Source of the DNA: Deltaproteobacteria bacterium
GTDB taxonomy: Bacteria > Desulfobacterota_D > UBA1144 > Nemesobacterales > CSP1-2
DNA: 64,000 nt
Assembly: GCA_052390235.1 (NCBI GenBank)
Contig: JBQTHB010000002.1
Span: forward strand, 256,001-320,000
Reading direction: 5' to 3'
This document shows positions 9,716-19,532 of the stretch, piece after piece. How positions within the stretch are numbered: position 1 is the first letter of the stretch; each line of letters starts with the position of its first letter. Below the pieces are notes generated by a model. The model was not told where the DNA came from and ran no database searches. It saw only the letters and a list, made by a program, of their open reading frames with translations. The translations under genes were made by a program, and so were the position numbers.

Positions 9716-12271
9716 ATGAAAGAGCTTTCGGCACTACTCGAAGCACTAGAAAAACCGCTCAGGTTCGCCGCCAAAAACGGCTTCCAAAATATCCAAAAGG
9801 TGAAATTCCTCGAAGAACTCGCCGAGGAGTTGACGCTCAAAGCCCTTGCGCTTGCCCTTTTGCCTCAAGAGGCATCGGCTGTTGCCAGAATTCGCGGCTC
9901 GTTCGCGGGCTACGAAAATCTCCCCCTCGAATCCAAGAAAGAGGTCATAACGCGCTCCCTCCGAGTCATTGAGAGCGTCGGAGCTGGGCGTTCCGATTCG
10001 CCGAACGTAGCTGATAATCCGACTAAACCCCCTAAAACGGTTGCCGAGTCCGCCAATACTCCAACTGTCGTGGCCCAGATTAATAACGTAAAGCGCGCCG
10101 AAGCCCCAGATGCGGTAAAATCCGACCCCGCCCTGATGCCCATTCAGTTCGTCAAAGGCGTGGGGCCCCGCATTGCCGAAATCCTATATAAAAAAGGAAT
10201 CAAGACCGCTGAAGACGCCCTATATCACTTTCCAAAGTCGTATGAAGACCGCAGGCACATAAGGAAAATCTCAGAACTCAAGCCCGATCTCAAGCAGACC
10301 GTAACGGGGCGTGTGGTCGTTGCCGGAAAAATCCGCGCCAAAACGAGAGAGCTTTTTCAGGTGATATTATCGGATGGCACCGGAGACCTCTCGCTAGTTT
10401 GGTTTAAGTTCAATGAAAAGTATTTAAAGAATCTATATAAAAAAGGGGTTTCCGTTATTCTCACAGCCGAGGTGAAGCTCGGCTACAGGGACGCTCTTCA
10501 AATCCTCCATCCGAAACCCGAAGATACAGAAATCATCGAAGACGAGGACGACCCCCCAGCGGATGCAAAGGACCTGGTCAATCTCAATCGCATCACCCCG
10601 ATTTATCCCCTTACCGAGGGGATAAAACAGAGACGCATCAGAGGGATAATTAAAACCCTTGCCGATGAGCGCTGTCCCCGAATCCAAGACCCCGCTCCCG
10701 AGGAATCCAAAGAGAGGGCGGGCTTGATGCCGCTTGGCGAAGCCCTAGGGCGCGTGCATTTCCCCGCAGACTCGGACGGCGTGGTTGACCTTGGGGACGC
10801 ATCCTCTGTTTATGGCTCGCCGCCGCACAGGACTCTGGCATTCCATGAATTTTTTCTGATGGAGCTTGGCATTGCCATGAAAAAACGGGACGCCGCCCAC
10901 TCTCTGGGCATTGCATTTAAACCGACCGGGGAGCTTGTAAGCCGCCTCATCGGAATGCTCAAATTTACGCTCACCGCCGCTCAGAGGAGGGTAATATCCG
11001 AAATTGAGCGCGATATGCAATCCGAGAGGCCAATGAACCGTCTCCTGCAGGGCGATGTCGGCTCCGGCAAGACCATAGTCGCCCTGGTTTCGATGCTCAA
11101 GGCGGTTGAGTGCGGCTATCAGGCGGCGATAATGGCCCCTACGGAAATCCTCGCCGAGCAACACCTGCGCTCCATCCAAGGCTACGCCGAGGAATTGGGG
11201 CTAAACATCGCATTTCTTAAGAGCGGGCTAACTAAGAAGGCAAGGGAAGCCAATCTCGAAGCAATCAAATCGGGCAGGGCGGATATTGCCATTGGCACGC
11301 ACTCCCTAATTGAAGATAGAGTCGAATTTCACAAGCTCGGCGTCGTAGTCATTGACGAACAGCACCGGTTTGGGGTCATCCAAAGGGCGGCGCTTCGGGA
11401 GAGGGGGGCTAATAATCCCGACGTGCTTGTCATGACGGCAACGCCGATTCCCAGAACCCTTGCCATGACCGTCTATGGAGACCTCGACGTATCCGTGATT
11501 GACGAGATGCCGCCCGGAAGGCCGCCGGTTAAGACGCTCGTTTTTTATGAGGATAGAGGCTCGCGCCGAAGGGCTTACGACATCGTGCGCGGGGAAATTG
11601 AGCGGGGCAGGCAGGCTTACGTCGTCTATTCGCTGATAGAGGAGTCGGAAAGCCCCGATTTTAAGGATTTAAAATACGCGGTGCAGATGGCTGAGGAACT
11701 TCAGAAGGAGATTTTCCCAGAATTTAGGGTAGGTATCCTGCACGGGAGGATGAAGGGGGAGGAGAAGGACGCCGTCATGAGGAGGTTTCTCGCTCGCCAC
11801 TTGGATATTTTGGTCTCGACCACTGTGATAGAGGTAGGGGTTGACGTGCCGAATGCTACGGTGATGGTCGTGGAGAACGCCGAGCGGTTTGGGCTGTCTC
11901 AGCTTCATCAGCTTCGCGGGAGAGTGGGCAGGGGCGGGCATGAATCGTTCTGCGTGCTGATTTCAAGCTACAGGAGGAGCCAGGACGCTGAGGCGAGGCT
12001 CTCGATGATGGAGAAAACAACGGACGGTTTTAGAATAGCCGAGGCGGATTTGACAATTAGGGGCCCCGGAGATTTTCTAGGCACGAAGCAGTCGGGGCTT
12101 CCAGAGTTTCGGTTCGCAAATTTGATTCGAGATGTGAGAATCCTGTCCGAAGCGCGAGATGAGGCGTTCAAAGTAGTCGAAGGAGACCCGACTCTCTCCC
12201 AATATCCCACACTGCTTGGCGAAGTCCTTGTCAGATGGCAGGGGAGGCTTCGGCTTGCCGGAATTTCTTAG
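9716..12271 (+). CDS. recG: ATP-dependent DNA helicase RecG with N-terminal extension
   Basis: QGDVGSGKT, DEQHRFGV, MTATPIPRTL, QLHQLRGRVGRG, RGPGDFLGTKQSG. Confidence 0.97.
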   Translation: MKELSALLEALEKPLRFAAKNGFQNIQKVKFLEELAEELTLKALALALLPQEASAVARIRGSFAGYENLPLESKKEVITRSLRVIESVGAGRSDSPNVADNPTKPPKTVAESANTPTVVAQINNVKRAEAPDAVKSDPALMPIQFVKGVGPRIAEILYKKGIKTAEDALYHFPKSYEDRRHIRKISELKPDLKQTVTGRVVVAGKIRAKTRELFQVILSDGTGDLSLVWFKFNEKYLKNLYKKGVSVILTAEVKLGYRDALQILHPKPEDTEIIEDEDDPPADAKDLVNLNRITPIYPLTEGIKQRRIRGIIKTLADERCPRIQDPAPEESKERAGLMPLGEALGRVHFPADSDGVVDLGDASSVYGSPPHRTLAFHEFFLMELGIAMKKRDAAHSLGIAFKPTGELVSRLIGMLKFTLTAAQRRVISEIERDMQSERPMNRLLQGDVGSGKTIVALVSMLKAVECGYQAAIMAPTEILAEQHLRSIQGYAEELGLNIAFLKSGLTKKAREANLEAIKSGRADIAIGTHSLIEDRVEFHKLGVVVIDEQHRFGVIQRAALRERGANNPDVLVMTATPIPRTLAMTVYGDLDVSVIDEMPPGRPPVKTLVFYEDRGSRRRAYDIVRGEIERGRQAYVVYSLIEESESPDFKDLKYAVQMAEELQKEIFPEFRVGILHGRMKGEEKDAVMRRFLARHLDILVSTTVIEVGVDVPNATVMVVENAERFGLSQLHQLRGRVGRGGHESFCVLISSYRRSQDAEARLSMMEKTTDGFRIAEADLTIRGPGDFLGTKQSGLPEFRFANLIRDVRILSEARDEAFKVVEGDPTLSQYPTLLGEVLVRWQGRLRLAGIS

Positions 12272-12294
12272 GCTTGAAGCAGAGGTGAGACAAT

Positions 12295-12520
12295 CGGAAT
12301 TACACTTCACCCTGAGCGCTTCGACTAGCTCATCCTCATCTGCGTCGGAGGGCGGGCGGATACTCGTATGTCATTCTCACGGAAGTGGGAATCCATAGTT
12401 CGACTCCGCTTGCCATGAAGAGAATTGGATTCCCGCTCAGATGACCTGCGGGAATGACAACCCTCCAGCGTTCGGAATGACAGGGAGGTGAAGCAGTTCA
12501 GAATGACAGGAGTGAGGCGT
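12295..12520. repeat. Composite REP-like cluster
   Basis: GTCATTCTCACGGAAGTGGGAATCCA ... TGGATTCCCGCTCAGATGACCTGCGGGAATGAC pair plus CCTGAGCGCTTCGAC and CGTTCGGAATGAC modules. Confidence 0.85.
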
Positions 12521-12529
12521 TGGGAGGGC

Positions 12530-12570
12530 AATAAAAAAGGGGAGCGAGAGTTTTCACTCCAGCCCCCCCT
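12530..12570 (-). terminator. Probable rho-independent terminator of PEP-CTERM gene
   Basis: Minus strand GGGGGGCTGGAG-TGAAAA-CTCTCGCTCCCC-TTTTTT: imperfect stem followed by U-tract. Confidence 0.55.
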
Positions 12571-12602
12571 AGATTAAATTTAGCCTTTCTTCGCGTGGAG
12601 AA

Positions 12603-13256
12603 TTAAGCCCTTTTCCTTCTGCCGAACAGACACACAGCGGCTAGACCCGAGCCGAGCAGAAGAAGAGTCGCAGGTTCAGGAGCGGCGGCTACGCCTTCAA
12701 ATGTAATGTTATCAATTGCATAGCCGCTATTGTTTCCCGCCTCTTGCGATATTTGTACCATGTTGAACGCGGCTACTGCCTGAAGATATACGGGCGCAGT
12801 AAATGGACCGGAGAAGGTAAATGTGTCAACAACAGCGTTATTGAGCAGGAAAGTTACAGGGAAATTGCCGAACTGATCAATGTGGGAGTACCCAAAGAAC
12901 ATTTGATTGCCGGCAAAAGTGATTGTAAATACAGGATTGCCGCCCGAATTCCCGTCGTCTATAGCTCCCCCTACAGCCGCCACCGCTAGAACGCCGTTGA
13001 CGGACGCGAGAGCTTGCCCGTCTGTATTTGCACTTAAAATATCTCCGCCGGGCGTTCCGTTAGCTACGGTAACCGAGGAAATTCCTACGCTCGTAAAATA
13101 CGGGTCTGTCGTGGAAATAGGTCCCGGGGCTAGAGCCTCGAAATCTAGTTCAACCGGATTCGTAAAATCACCCAAGGTAACGACCGTAGCCGCATTGACG
13201 CTTGAAGCCATTAGCAATATTGCTAATATTGAGCCTAAACTGCTTAACCTTAACAT
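12603..13256 (-). CDS. PEP-CTERM sorting domain surface protein
   Basis: Signal peptide; C-terminal APEPATLLLLGSGLAAVCLFGRRKRA (PEP + TM helix + basic tail). Confidence 0.92.
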   Translation of the reverse strand: MLRLSSLGSILAILLMASSVNAATVVTLGDFTNPVELDFEALAPGPISTTDPYFTSVGISSVTVANGTPGGDILSANTDGQALASVNGVLAVAAVGGAIDDGNSGGNPVFTITFAGNQMFFGYSHIDQFGNFPVTFLLNNAVVDTFTFSGPFTAPVYLQAVAAFNMVQISQEAGNNSGYAIDNITFEGVAAAPEPATLLLLGSGLAAVCLFGRRKRA

Positions 13257-13292
13257 GGACTATATCCCCCCTTTTATTAGTTATTTCCAATT

Positions 13293-13324
13293 ATTTTACC
13301 CCCCCCCCCCCCCAATAAAGTCAA
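13293..13324 (-). promoter_or_regulatory. Sigma70-type promoter with G15 homopolymer in the -35/-10 spacer
   Basis: Minus strand TTGACT-TTATT-G15-TAAAAT, 36 nt upstream of the PEP-CTERM ATG. Confidence 0.7.
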
Positions 13325-13361
13325 GATGGTTTGTTTCGTTGGCGAGAAATGCGAAAATTAC

Positions 13362-13768
13362 ATGGCTCGATTCGGTTTGCTATGAAGAAAACTGGATTCC
13401 CGCTCAGAAGACTGCGGGAATGACAACCCTCTGCGTTCGGAATGACGCATCCAGCGGTCAATTTGCGCCGCCCCCACCTTGTCATTTCGAGGGAGCATTA
13501 GCGACTGAGAAATCTTATAGCGATAACGATAAATCCTCATCTGCGTCGAAGGGCGGGTAGAGCCTCGTGTGTCATTCTCACGAAAGTGGGAATCCATAGT
13601 TCGACTCCTCTCACTATGAAGAGAATTGGATTCCCGCTCAGATGACTTGCGGGAATGACAACCCTCTGCGTTCGGGAATGACACGAGTGAGGCGGTTCGG
13701 AATGATACTTCATCCTGAGCGCTTCGACTCCGCTCAGCATAAACTACGTCGAAGGGCAATGAATCCCT
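13362..13768. repeat. Composite REP-like cluster
   Basis: Several GATTCCCGCTCAG..GCGGGAATGAC units plus GTCATTTCGAGGGAG..GAGAAATCT, GTCATTCTCACGAAAGTGGGAATCCA and CTTCGACTCCGCTCAGCATAAACTACGTCGAAGGG. Confidence 0.85.
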
Positions 13769-13878
13769 TATCTGGAATCGCGCATCTGACAAATTCGGCG
13801 CAAAAATTTATTGACATGAGAAATTAAGTAATTAACTTATTAGCTAGGCAATTACAGAGAAATAGGAGAATAAAAACC

Positions 13879-14751
13879 ATGTCAAGCAGTATAAAAACGG
13901 CTCTCCTGCTCGCCGTGATGACTTTTGTATTTGTATATATAGGAAAACTCCTCGGCGGAACTGCCGGAATGACCATTGCCCTAGGCATTGCGCTGGTGAT
14001 GAATTTCATCTCATACTGGTTCTCGGACAGAATAGTCCTTGCCATGTACGGAGCAAAAGAGGTTACAGCCGACCAAGCCCCTCAGATTTTCGGGATGGTC
14101 AGAAATGTCGCCCAGCAGGCTCAGATTCCGATGCCCAAAGTCTATGTGATACCCACGCCCGCCCCTAATGCCTTCGCCACGGGCAGAAACCCTCAAAACG
14201 CCGCAGTCGCCGTAACCGACGGCATCGTGAGACTCCTTCAGCCGCATGAACTCGAAGGCGTGATAGCCCACGAAATCGCCCATATTAAAAATAGGGATAT
14301 TCTCATCGGCACTATAGCCGCAACCCTTGCCGGCGCAATAGGCTACATTGCCAGCATGGCTCAGTGGGCGATGATTTTCGGCGGATTTGGCAGGAGCGGG
14401 GATAGCGAGGGCGAAGAAGGAGGCGGAGCGGGAAGCCTCGTAGGCTCGATAGCCATGATGATTCTAGCCCCGATAATTGCCATGATAATTCAGCTTGCAA
14501 TATCCCGCTCAAGGGAGTATAAAGCCGATGAGACGGCGGCGCGCCTCACGAGAAAGCCAATGTCCCTAGCCACGGCTCTTCAGAAAATCAGCGCGGGAGC
14601 GGCCAATATCCCGCTTGACGCCAATCCCGGCACGGCTCATATGTTTATTATGAACCCCCTGCACGGCGGCTTGGCGGGGCTACTCAGCACTCACCCGCCT
14701 GTCGAGGAGAGAATCGCAAGGCTCGAGAAGCTATCAAGAGAGATTATTTAG
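13879..14751 (+). CDS. htpX: Zinc metalloprotease HtpX
   Basis: PNAFATGRNP, HEIAH, SRSREYKAD, STHPPVEERI. Confidence 0.95.
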   Translation: MSSSIKTALLLAVMTFVFVYIGKLLGGTAGMTIALGIALVMNFISYWFSDRIVLAMYGAKEVTADQAPQIFGMVRNVAQQAQIPMPKVYVIPTPAPNAFATGRNPQNAAVAVTDGIVRLLQPHELEGVIAHEIAHIKNRDILIGTIAATLAGAIGYIASMAQWAMIFGGFGRSGDSEGEEGGGAGSLVGSIAMMILAPIIAMIIQLAISRSREYKADETAARLTRKPMSLATALQKISAGAANIPLDANPGTAHMFIMNPLHGGLAGLLSTHPPVEERIARLEKLSREII

Positions 14752-14938
14752 CAGTACCTCGGCAGGGGCGTGCTATCCCCCCTATATGCTACGCTCCTGC
14801 CGTTTTCCTAAGTTTGTTCCCTCGGTTCTACTCACTTCCGCCGCTCGTAAAACCCCGCTGATTCAATTCTGGCTTGTTCGGTCTATCCCCAGCGCTTTGA
14901 ACTTGTCCAATATATTTATAAATGGTAGTTTTTATCCC

Positions 14939-16234
14939 ATGTCCAAAGTGATTATTCAAGGCAATGCCCGTCCTCTAAAAGGCGAATTTACCCCTCCCGG
15001 CGATAAATCCATCTCTCACAGGGCGGCGCTTTTAGGCGGAATCTGCGACGGCGAGACCACGGTTAGGGGCTTTCTGTCCAGCGACGACACTCTCTCCTCG
15101 GTAAAAGCGATGCAGATGCTAGGGGTCGAGGTCGAATTTACCAGCGAACTCCTGAGGATACGCGGCCGCGGTCTTCACGGTCTCAAAGAGCCGGACGATG
15201 TAATTGACGCCGGCAATTCGGGAACTACATCGAGACTCATATCCGGGATTCTCTCGGCTCAGGGATTCTTCTCAGCTATTACCGGCGATAAGTACCTGCG
15301 CGCCCGCCCAATGGAGAGGGTAGTAAAGCCTCTCTCTCTGATGGGGGCTAGGTTCTCCGGGCGAAACGGTGGGAAAAACCTCCCGCTTGCGATTCAGGGG
15401 GGGGCACTCAGGGGCGTCCGGTATGAGCTTCCCGTAGCGAGCGCGCAGGTGAAGTCTGCAATCCTGCTTGCGGGTATTTATGCCGGCGGCGAAACCGAGG
15501 TCGTCGAGCCAACTCCCACTAGAGACCACACCGAGAGAATGCTCGCTTACTTCGGGGCGGAGGTGCGAAGAGAGGGCAGGAGCGTCAAGGTTAAAACCAC
15601 ATCCACACTCCGAGGGGGCGAGGTTGTTGTGCCGGCGGATATCTCCTCAGCCGCGTTTTTCATTGCCGCCGCGCTGATTAATCCAAATTCCCAGGTGCTG
15701 ATTCGCAACGTCGGCGTGAACCCCCACAGAACCGGGGTGATTAATATCTTCCGGCAGATGGGCGGGCGCGTCGAAATCCTAAACGAGCGGGAGGTGAGCG
15801 GCGAGCCTATAGCGGATTTACTCGCATCATCCAGCGCGCTTAGGGGTATCCAAATAGGCGGAGACCTCATCGCTAGAGCCATTGACGAGCTTCCCGTAAT
15901 TGCCGCCGCCGCGTGCTTTGCCGAGGGCGAGACCACCATCAGGGACGCAAAAGAGCTCAGGGTCAAGGAAACCGACCGCATCAGGGCGACAAGCGCGGAG
16001 CTTCAAAAACTAGGCGCCGATATTCAGGAACTTCCCGATGGGATGATAATTAAAAGCGGGCAGCAGCTTCGCGGGGCTAGATGCGATAGCTGGGGCGACC
16101 ACAGAATCGCAATGTCCGTAGCAATTGCCGCTACGAGGGCGACGGGCGAGACCGAAATTAACGGCTCGGAGTGCGTGTCCGTATCCTTCCCCGAGTTCTT
16201 TGAAGCGCTTCGGGATTTGAGGGGAGGCCTCTAG
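14939..16234 (+). CDS. aroA: 3-phosphoshikimate 1-carboxyvinyltransferase (EPSP synthase)
   Basis: PGDKSISHR, GNSGTT, SAQVKSA, RDHTERML, LRVKETDRI, GDHRIAM. Confidence 0.97.
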   Translation: MSKVIIQGNARPLKGEFTPPGDKSISHRAALLGGICDGETTVRGFLSSDDTLSSVKAMQMLGVEVEFTSELLRIRGRGLHGLKEPDDVIDAGNSGTTSRLISGILSAQGFFSAITGDKYLRARPMERVVKPLSLMGARFSGRNGGKNLPLAIQGGALRGVRYELPVASAQVKSAILLAGIYAGGETEVVEPTPTRDHTERMLAYFGAEVRREGRSVKVKTTSTLRGGEVVVPADISSAAFFIAAALINPNSQVLIRNVGVNPHRTGVINIFRQMGGRVEILNEREVSGEPIADLLASSSALRGIQIGGDLIARAIDELPVIAAAACFAEGETTIRDAKELRVKETDRIRATSAELQKLGADIQELPDGMIIKSGQQLRGARCDSWGDHRIAMSVAIAATRATGETEINGSECVSVSFPEFFEALRDLRGGL

Positions 16235-16282
16235 CCTGTTTACCACTTCTGAATTTCCTTCGCGGGCGGCTCTGATAAAATT

Positions 16283-16969
16283 ATGAAAAAAGCGGTTATC
16301 GTAGCGATTGACGGGCCTGCCGGGGCGGGCAAAGGCGCCGTTGCCAGAGCCGTTGCCGGACGCCTCGGTTTCATTTATCTCGACACTGGGGCGATGTACA
16401 GGGCGGTGGCGCTTCTCGTATCGAGGGGCGGAGTGGATATTTGCGACGAAGGGGAGCTTCAAAAAACCCTCCTCGAATCGCATATCAATCTTAAAACCGG
16501 CTCAGACGGCAATTTGAGTGTGTTCCTAGGGGTTGAGGACGTTACGGATGAGATTCGCGCGCCGGAAATATCGCGCCTCGCATCGGACGTCGCCACGAAG
16601 AAATCCGTAAGGGACGTGCTTCGCGGGATGCAGAGGAGAATTGGGCGCGCCGGGAATATCGTAGCCGAGGGGAGGGATATGGGAACGTATGTTTTCCCGG
16701 AAGCCGATTTCAAATTCTACCTAGACGCCGCGCTTGAAGAGCGGGCAAGACGCAGACATCGCCAATTGCTGGAGATGGGGATTCGCGAGCCTCTAGGGGC
16801 TGTTCTGGATGCCATGCGCGCGCGAGATGCTCAGGATAAAGAACGCGCCCAAGCGCCCTTGCATCCTGCCGTAAATGCAGTAATAATAGATACGACGAGT
16901 GTTGCGGCGGCTGATGTGATAGATAAAATAGTGGAAACGGTCAACGGGGGTGTACTGAGCAATGGCTAA
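16283..16969 (+). CDS. cmk: Cytidylate kinase
   Basis: AIDGPAGAGK, DTGAMYR, EGRDMGTYVFP. Confidence 0.96.
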   Translation: MKKAVIVAIDGPAGAGKGAVARAVAGRLGFIYLDTGAMYRAVALLVSRGGVDICDEGELQKTLLESHINLKTGSDGNLSVFLGVEDVTDEIRAPEISRLASDVATKKSVRDVLRGMQRRIGRAGNIVAEGRDMGTYVFPEADFKFYLDAALEERARRRHRQLLEMGIREPLGAVLDAMRARDAQDKERAQAPLHPAVNAVIIDTTSVAAADVIDKIVETVNGGVLSNG

Positions 16970-17804
16970 GAGGATAATACTTGCCGAGACCGCCGGCGTG
17001 TGCTTCGGAGTCGAAAGAGCGCTTAGAAAATCCTTCGAGGTCATTAATAAATCCGACGGGCAAATTCGCTCGCTGGGACCCATAATTCATAACCCCCAGG
17101 TGGTAAAACGCCTTGAAGACAGGGGCGTAACCGTTGCCGATAAGCTCGAAGACGCAACCGACGGCACGGTCATCATCCGCGCCCACGGAGTGCCAGTGGG
17201 AACGGTGGATACGGCTAAGGATAAGGGGCTCAACGTCGTTGACCTCACCTGCCCTATAGTGAAAAAGCTCCAGTTCTCGGTCAAGAAACTCTCCGAAGAG
17301 GGGTATTTCGTCGTCATCGTTGGCGACAGAAACCACCCCGAAATAATAGGCACGCAGAGCTATGCAGATCCTGAGAGGCTCGTTGTGGTGTCGGATAAAT
17401 CGGAATTGGGGAACGAAATATTTTCCAAGAAAAAAGTGGGCATCGTCGCCCAAACCACTATAGCGTTTGAAAAATTCCGCGAAGTCGTAGATGAGTTCCT
17501 CGCCAGAAGCACGGAGGAGATAAAAATCGCAAATACCATCTGCGACGATATTTTTAATAAACAAAGAGAAGCCGTAGAGCTTGCGAAATCTGTTGATGTG
17601 ATGATAGTCATAGGCGGCAAGAACAGCTCCAATACGACGAAAATTGCGAAGCTCTGTCACGAGGTCAACGAAAACACCTATCAAATTGAAACCGTTGACG
17701 AGATTCGCTCCTTAGGGCTTGATTTTAAAGAAAAAACAGTAGGCGTTACCGCAGGGGCTTCGACGCCCTCGTGGATTATAGAAGACATATTACAGGGTTT
17801 ATAG
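16962..17804 (+). CDS. ispH: 4-hydroxy-3-methylbut-2-enyl diphosphate reductase
   Basis: GVCFGVERA, IIHNPQV, RAHG, TCPIV, HPE, NTIC, SSNT, TAGASTP. Confidence 0.95.
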   Translation: MAKRIILAETAGVCFGVERALRKSFEVINKSDGQIRSLGPIIHNPQVVKRLEDRGVTVADKLEDATDGTVIIRAHGVPVGTVDTAKDKGLNVVDLTCPIVKKLQFSVKKLSEEGYFVVIVGDRNHPEIIGTQSYADPERLVVVSDKSELGNEIFSKKKVGIVAQTTIAFEKFREVVDEFLARSTEEIKIANTICDDIFNKQREAVELAKSVDVMIVIGGKNSSNTTKIAKLCHEVNENTYQIETVDEIRSLGLDFKEKTVGVTAGASTPSWIIEDILQGL

Positions 17805-17815
17805 AACGGTGGGAG

Positions 17816-19507
17816 ATGAACATAGAAGAGAAATCATTTGCAGAGCTGTTTGAAGAGAGTCTGAGCGTTCCCGAAAAGGGGACGATTTTTAAGGGTCTTG
17901 TAGTGAGAATTGACGCCGAAGACGTATTCCTCGACTTCGGGTCGAAATCAGAAGGGGTCGCGCCGCTTGGCGAATTTCGCAATGCTGACGGGGAGCTTAG
18001 GGTAAACATTGGGGACGAGGTTTTAGTGAGCCTTGAAGCGTGGTCTTCTCGGGGCGAGCCTCCGAAACTATCCAAGAGAAAGGCGGATTTAAACAGAGAG
18101 TCGGCGAGAATTCGCAAGGCTTACGAGGATGGAGAAATCCTAACCGCCAGAGTAGTAGAGAAGGTCAAAGGGGGCTTAATAGCTAACATCGGAGAAGAGT
18201 CCGAGGTCAGAGCGTTTCTTCCCGGCTCCCAGGTGGACATAAGGCATCAAGCCGATTTGGACAGCTTCATCGGAACTAAGCTCGAAGCGAGAATAATAAA
18301 GCTCTCAAATGAAGGGGTAGTCATATCGAGGCGAGTGTGGCTCGAAGAGCAGAGGGAAGTACACCGCAAGGAAACCCTCTCCACGTTGGAAGAGGGAAAG
18401 ACCGTCTCCGGCAGAGTGGTGAAAATTATTGAAAAGGGCGCATTCGTTGACATCGGCGGCATCGAGGGTTTCCTTCCGATAAGCGAAATCTCATGGGGGA
18501 GAATAAAACGCCCGAACGACGTAATCTCCACCGGCGAGGAAATCGAAGTCAAAATACTCAGGCTAGAAGAGGGGGATAAAATCACTCTCGGTCATAAGCA
18601 GACCAAAGCCGATCCATGGTCGTTTGCCGAGACGAGATATAAGCCGAATTCGAGAGTGCGGGGCAAGGTCGTCTCAACGGCGGAGTTCGGTGTGTTCATC
18701 GAGCTTGAACCGGGGGTTGAGGGGCTGGTTCACATAAGCGAAATCACTTGGACGAAAAAATTCAGGCATCCCAAAGAGATAATCCACGTTGGTACCGCCG
18801 CCGAAGCCATAGTGCTTGAGGTAGATACGGCGAAGAGGAGAATATCCCTCAGCCTGAGACTCCTCGAGCAGAGCCCGTGGGAGATATTCAAGGAAAAAAC
18901 CCCGTCTGGCACGAGGGTGCAGGGAAAGGTAGTCAACGTTACGGACAAGGGCGTATTCGTCGAGGTCGCCGAGGGGCTGGTAGGGCTTATGCGTCCTTCG
19001 GATATTTCTTGGATGGGCGCGGCGAATCCCGAAGAGGCTTTTAAAACCGGCGACGAAGCGGAGTTCGTTGTGCTGAATGTGGACGATAGAAACCGCAGAA
19101 TCGCCCTTGGAGTCAAACAACTTCAGGATGACCCATGGAAAGAGGCACAGCGCCGCTATAAGCCCGGCGAGAGCGTCGTTACCGGGAAAGTCTCGGTTAT
19201 AAAGGACAGGGGCGTCATCGTCGAACTGGCGGACGGGCTAGAGGGATACATGAGGGCGTCCGATTTTATCAACCGCGACGACAACAACAGGGACTTATCC
19301 AAAATCCTAAAGGTCGGCGACGAGATAACGGCTCAGGTAACGGGGTTTGAGAGCAAAAACCGCCAGCTTAACCTCAGCAAAAAACGCCATGAAGATCGTG
19401 TTGAGAAGGAAAAGGTTTCAAATTTTATGTCCTCTCAAGGCGGAGACGGCTCAATGACACTGGGAGATCTGCTTGGAGATAAGCTCAAATCTCTGGTCAA
19501 AAATTAG
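17816..19507 (+). CDS. rpsA: 30S ribosomal protein S1
   Basis: Multiple S1 domains (AFLPGSQVD, EGLVHISEITW); cmk-ispH-rpsA synteny. Confidence 0.95.
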   Translation: MNIEEKSFAELFEESLSVPEKGTIFKGLVVRIDAEDVFLDFGSKSEGVAPLGEFRNADGELRVNIGDEVLVSLEAWSSRGEPPKLSKRKADLNRESARIRKAYEDGEILTARVVEKVKGGLIANIGEESEVRAFLPGSQVDIRHQADLDSFIGTKLEARIIKLSNEGVVISRRVWLEEQREVHRKETLSTLEEGKTVSGRVVKIIEKGAFVDIGGIEGFLPISEISWGRIKRPNDVISTGEEIEVKILRLEEGDKITLGHKQTKADPWSFAETRYKPNSRVRGKVVSTAEFGVFIELEPGVEGLVHISEITWTKKFRHPKEIIHVGTAAEAIVLEVDTAKRRISLSLRLLEQSPWEIFKEKTPSGTRVQGKVVNVTDKGVFVEVAEGLVGLMRPSDISWMGAANPEEAFKTGDEAEFVVLNVDDRNRRIALGVKQLQDDPWKEAQRRYKPGESVVTGKVSVIKDRGVIVELADGLEGYMRASDFINRDDNNRDLSKILKVGDEITAQVTGFESKNRQLNLSKKRHEDRVEKEKVSNFMSSQGGDGSMTLGDLLGDKLKSLVKN

Positions 19508-19532
19508 CGCTGAGCGGGGTGGGGAGTAGCTT

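Noticed and set aside
1564..13827. Short ORFs with CHSER/MDSHFRENDR-like peptides (1564-1764, 12325-12531, 13358-13792, 13537-13740; likewise 50874-51128, 55528-55770, 58596-58937)
   Set aside because: Translations of REP palindromes, not genes
19508..19532. yybP-ykoY riboswitch suggested by GGGGAGTAGC
   Set aside because: Gap is only 25 nt and the motif is the sppA RBS; no such motif was found upstream of terC either
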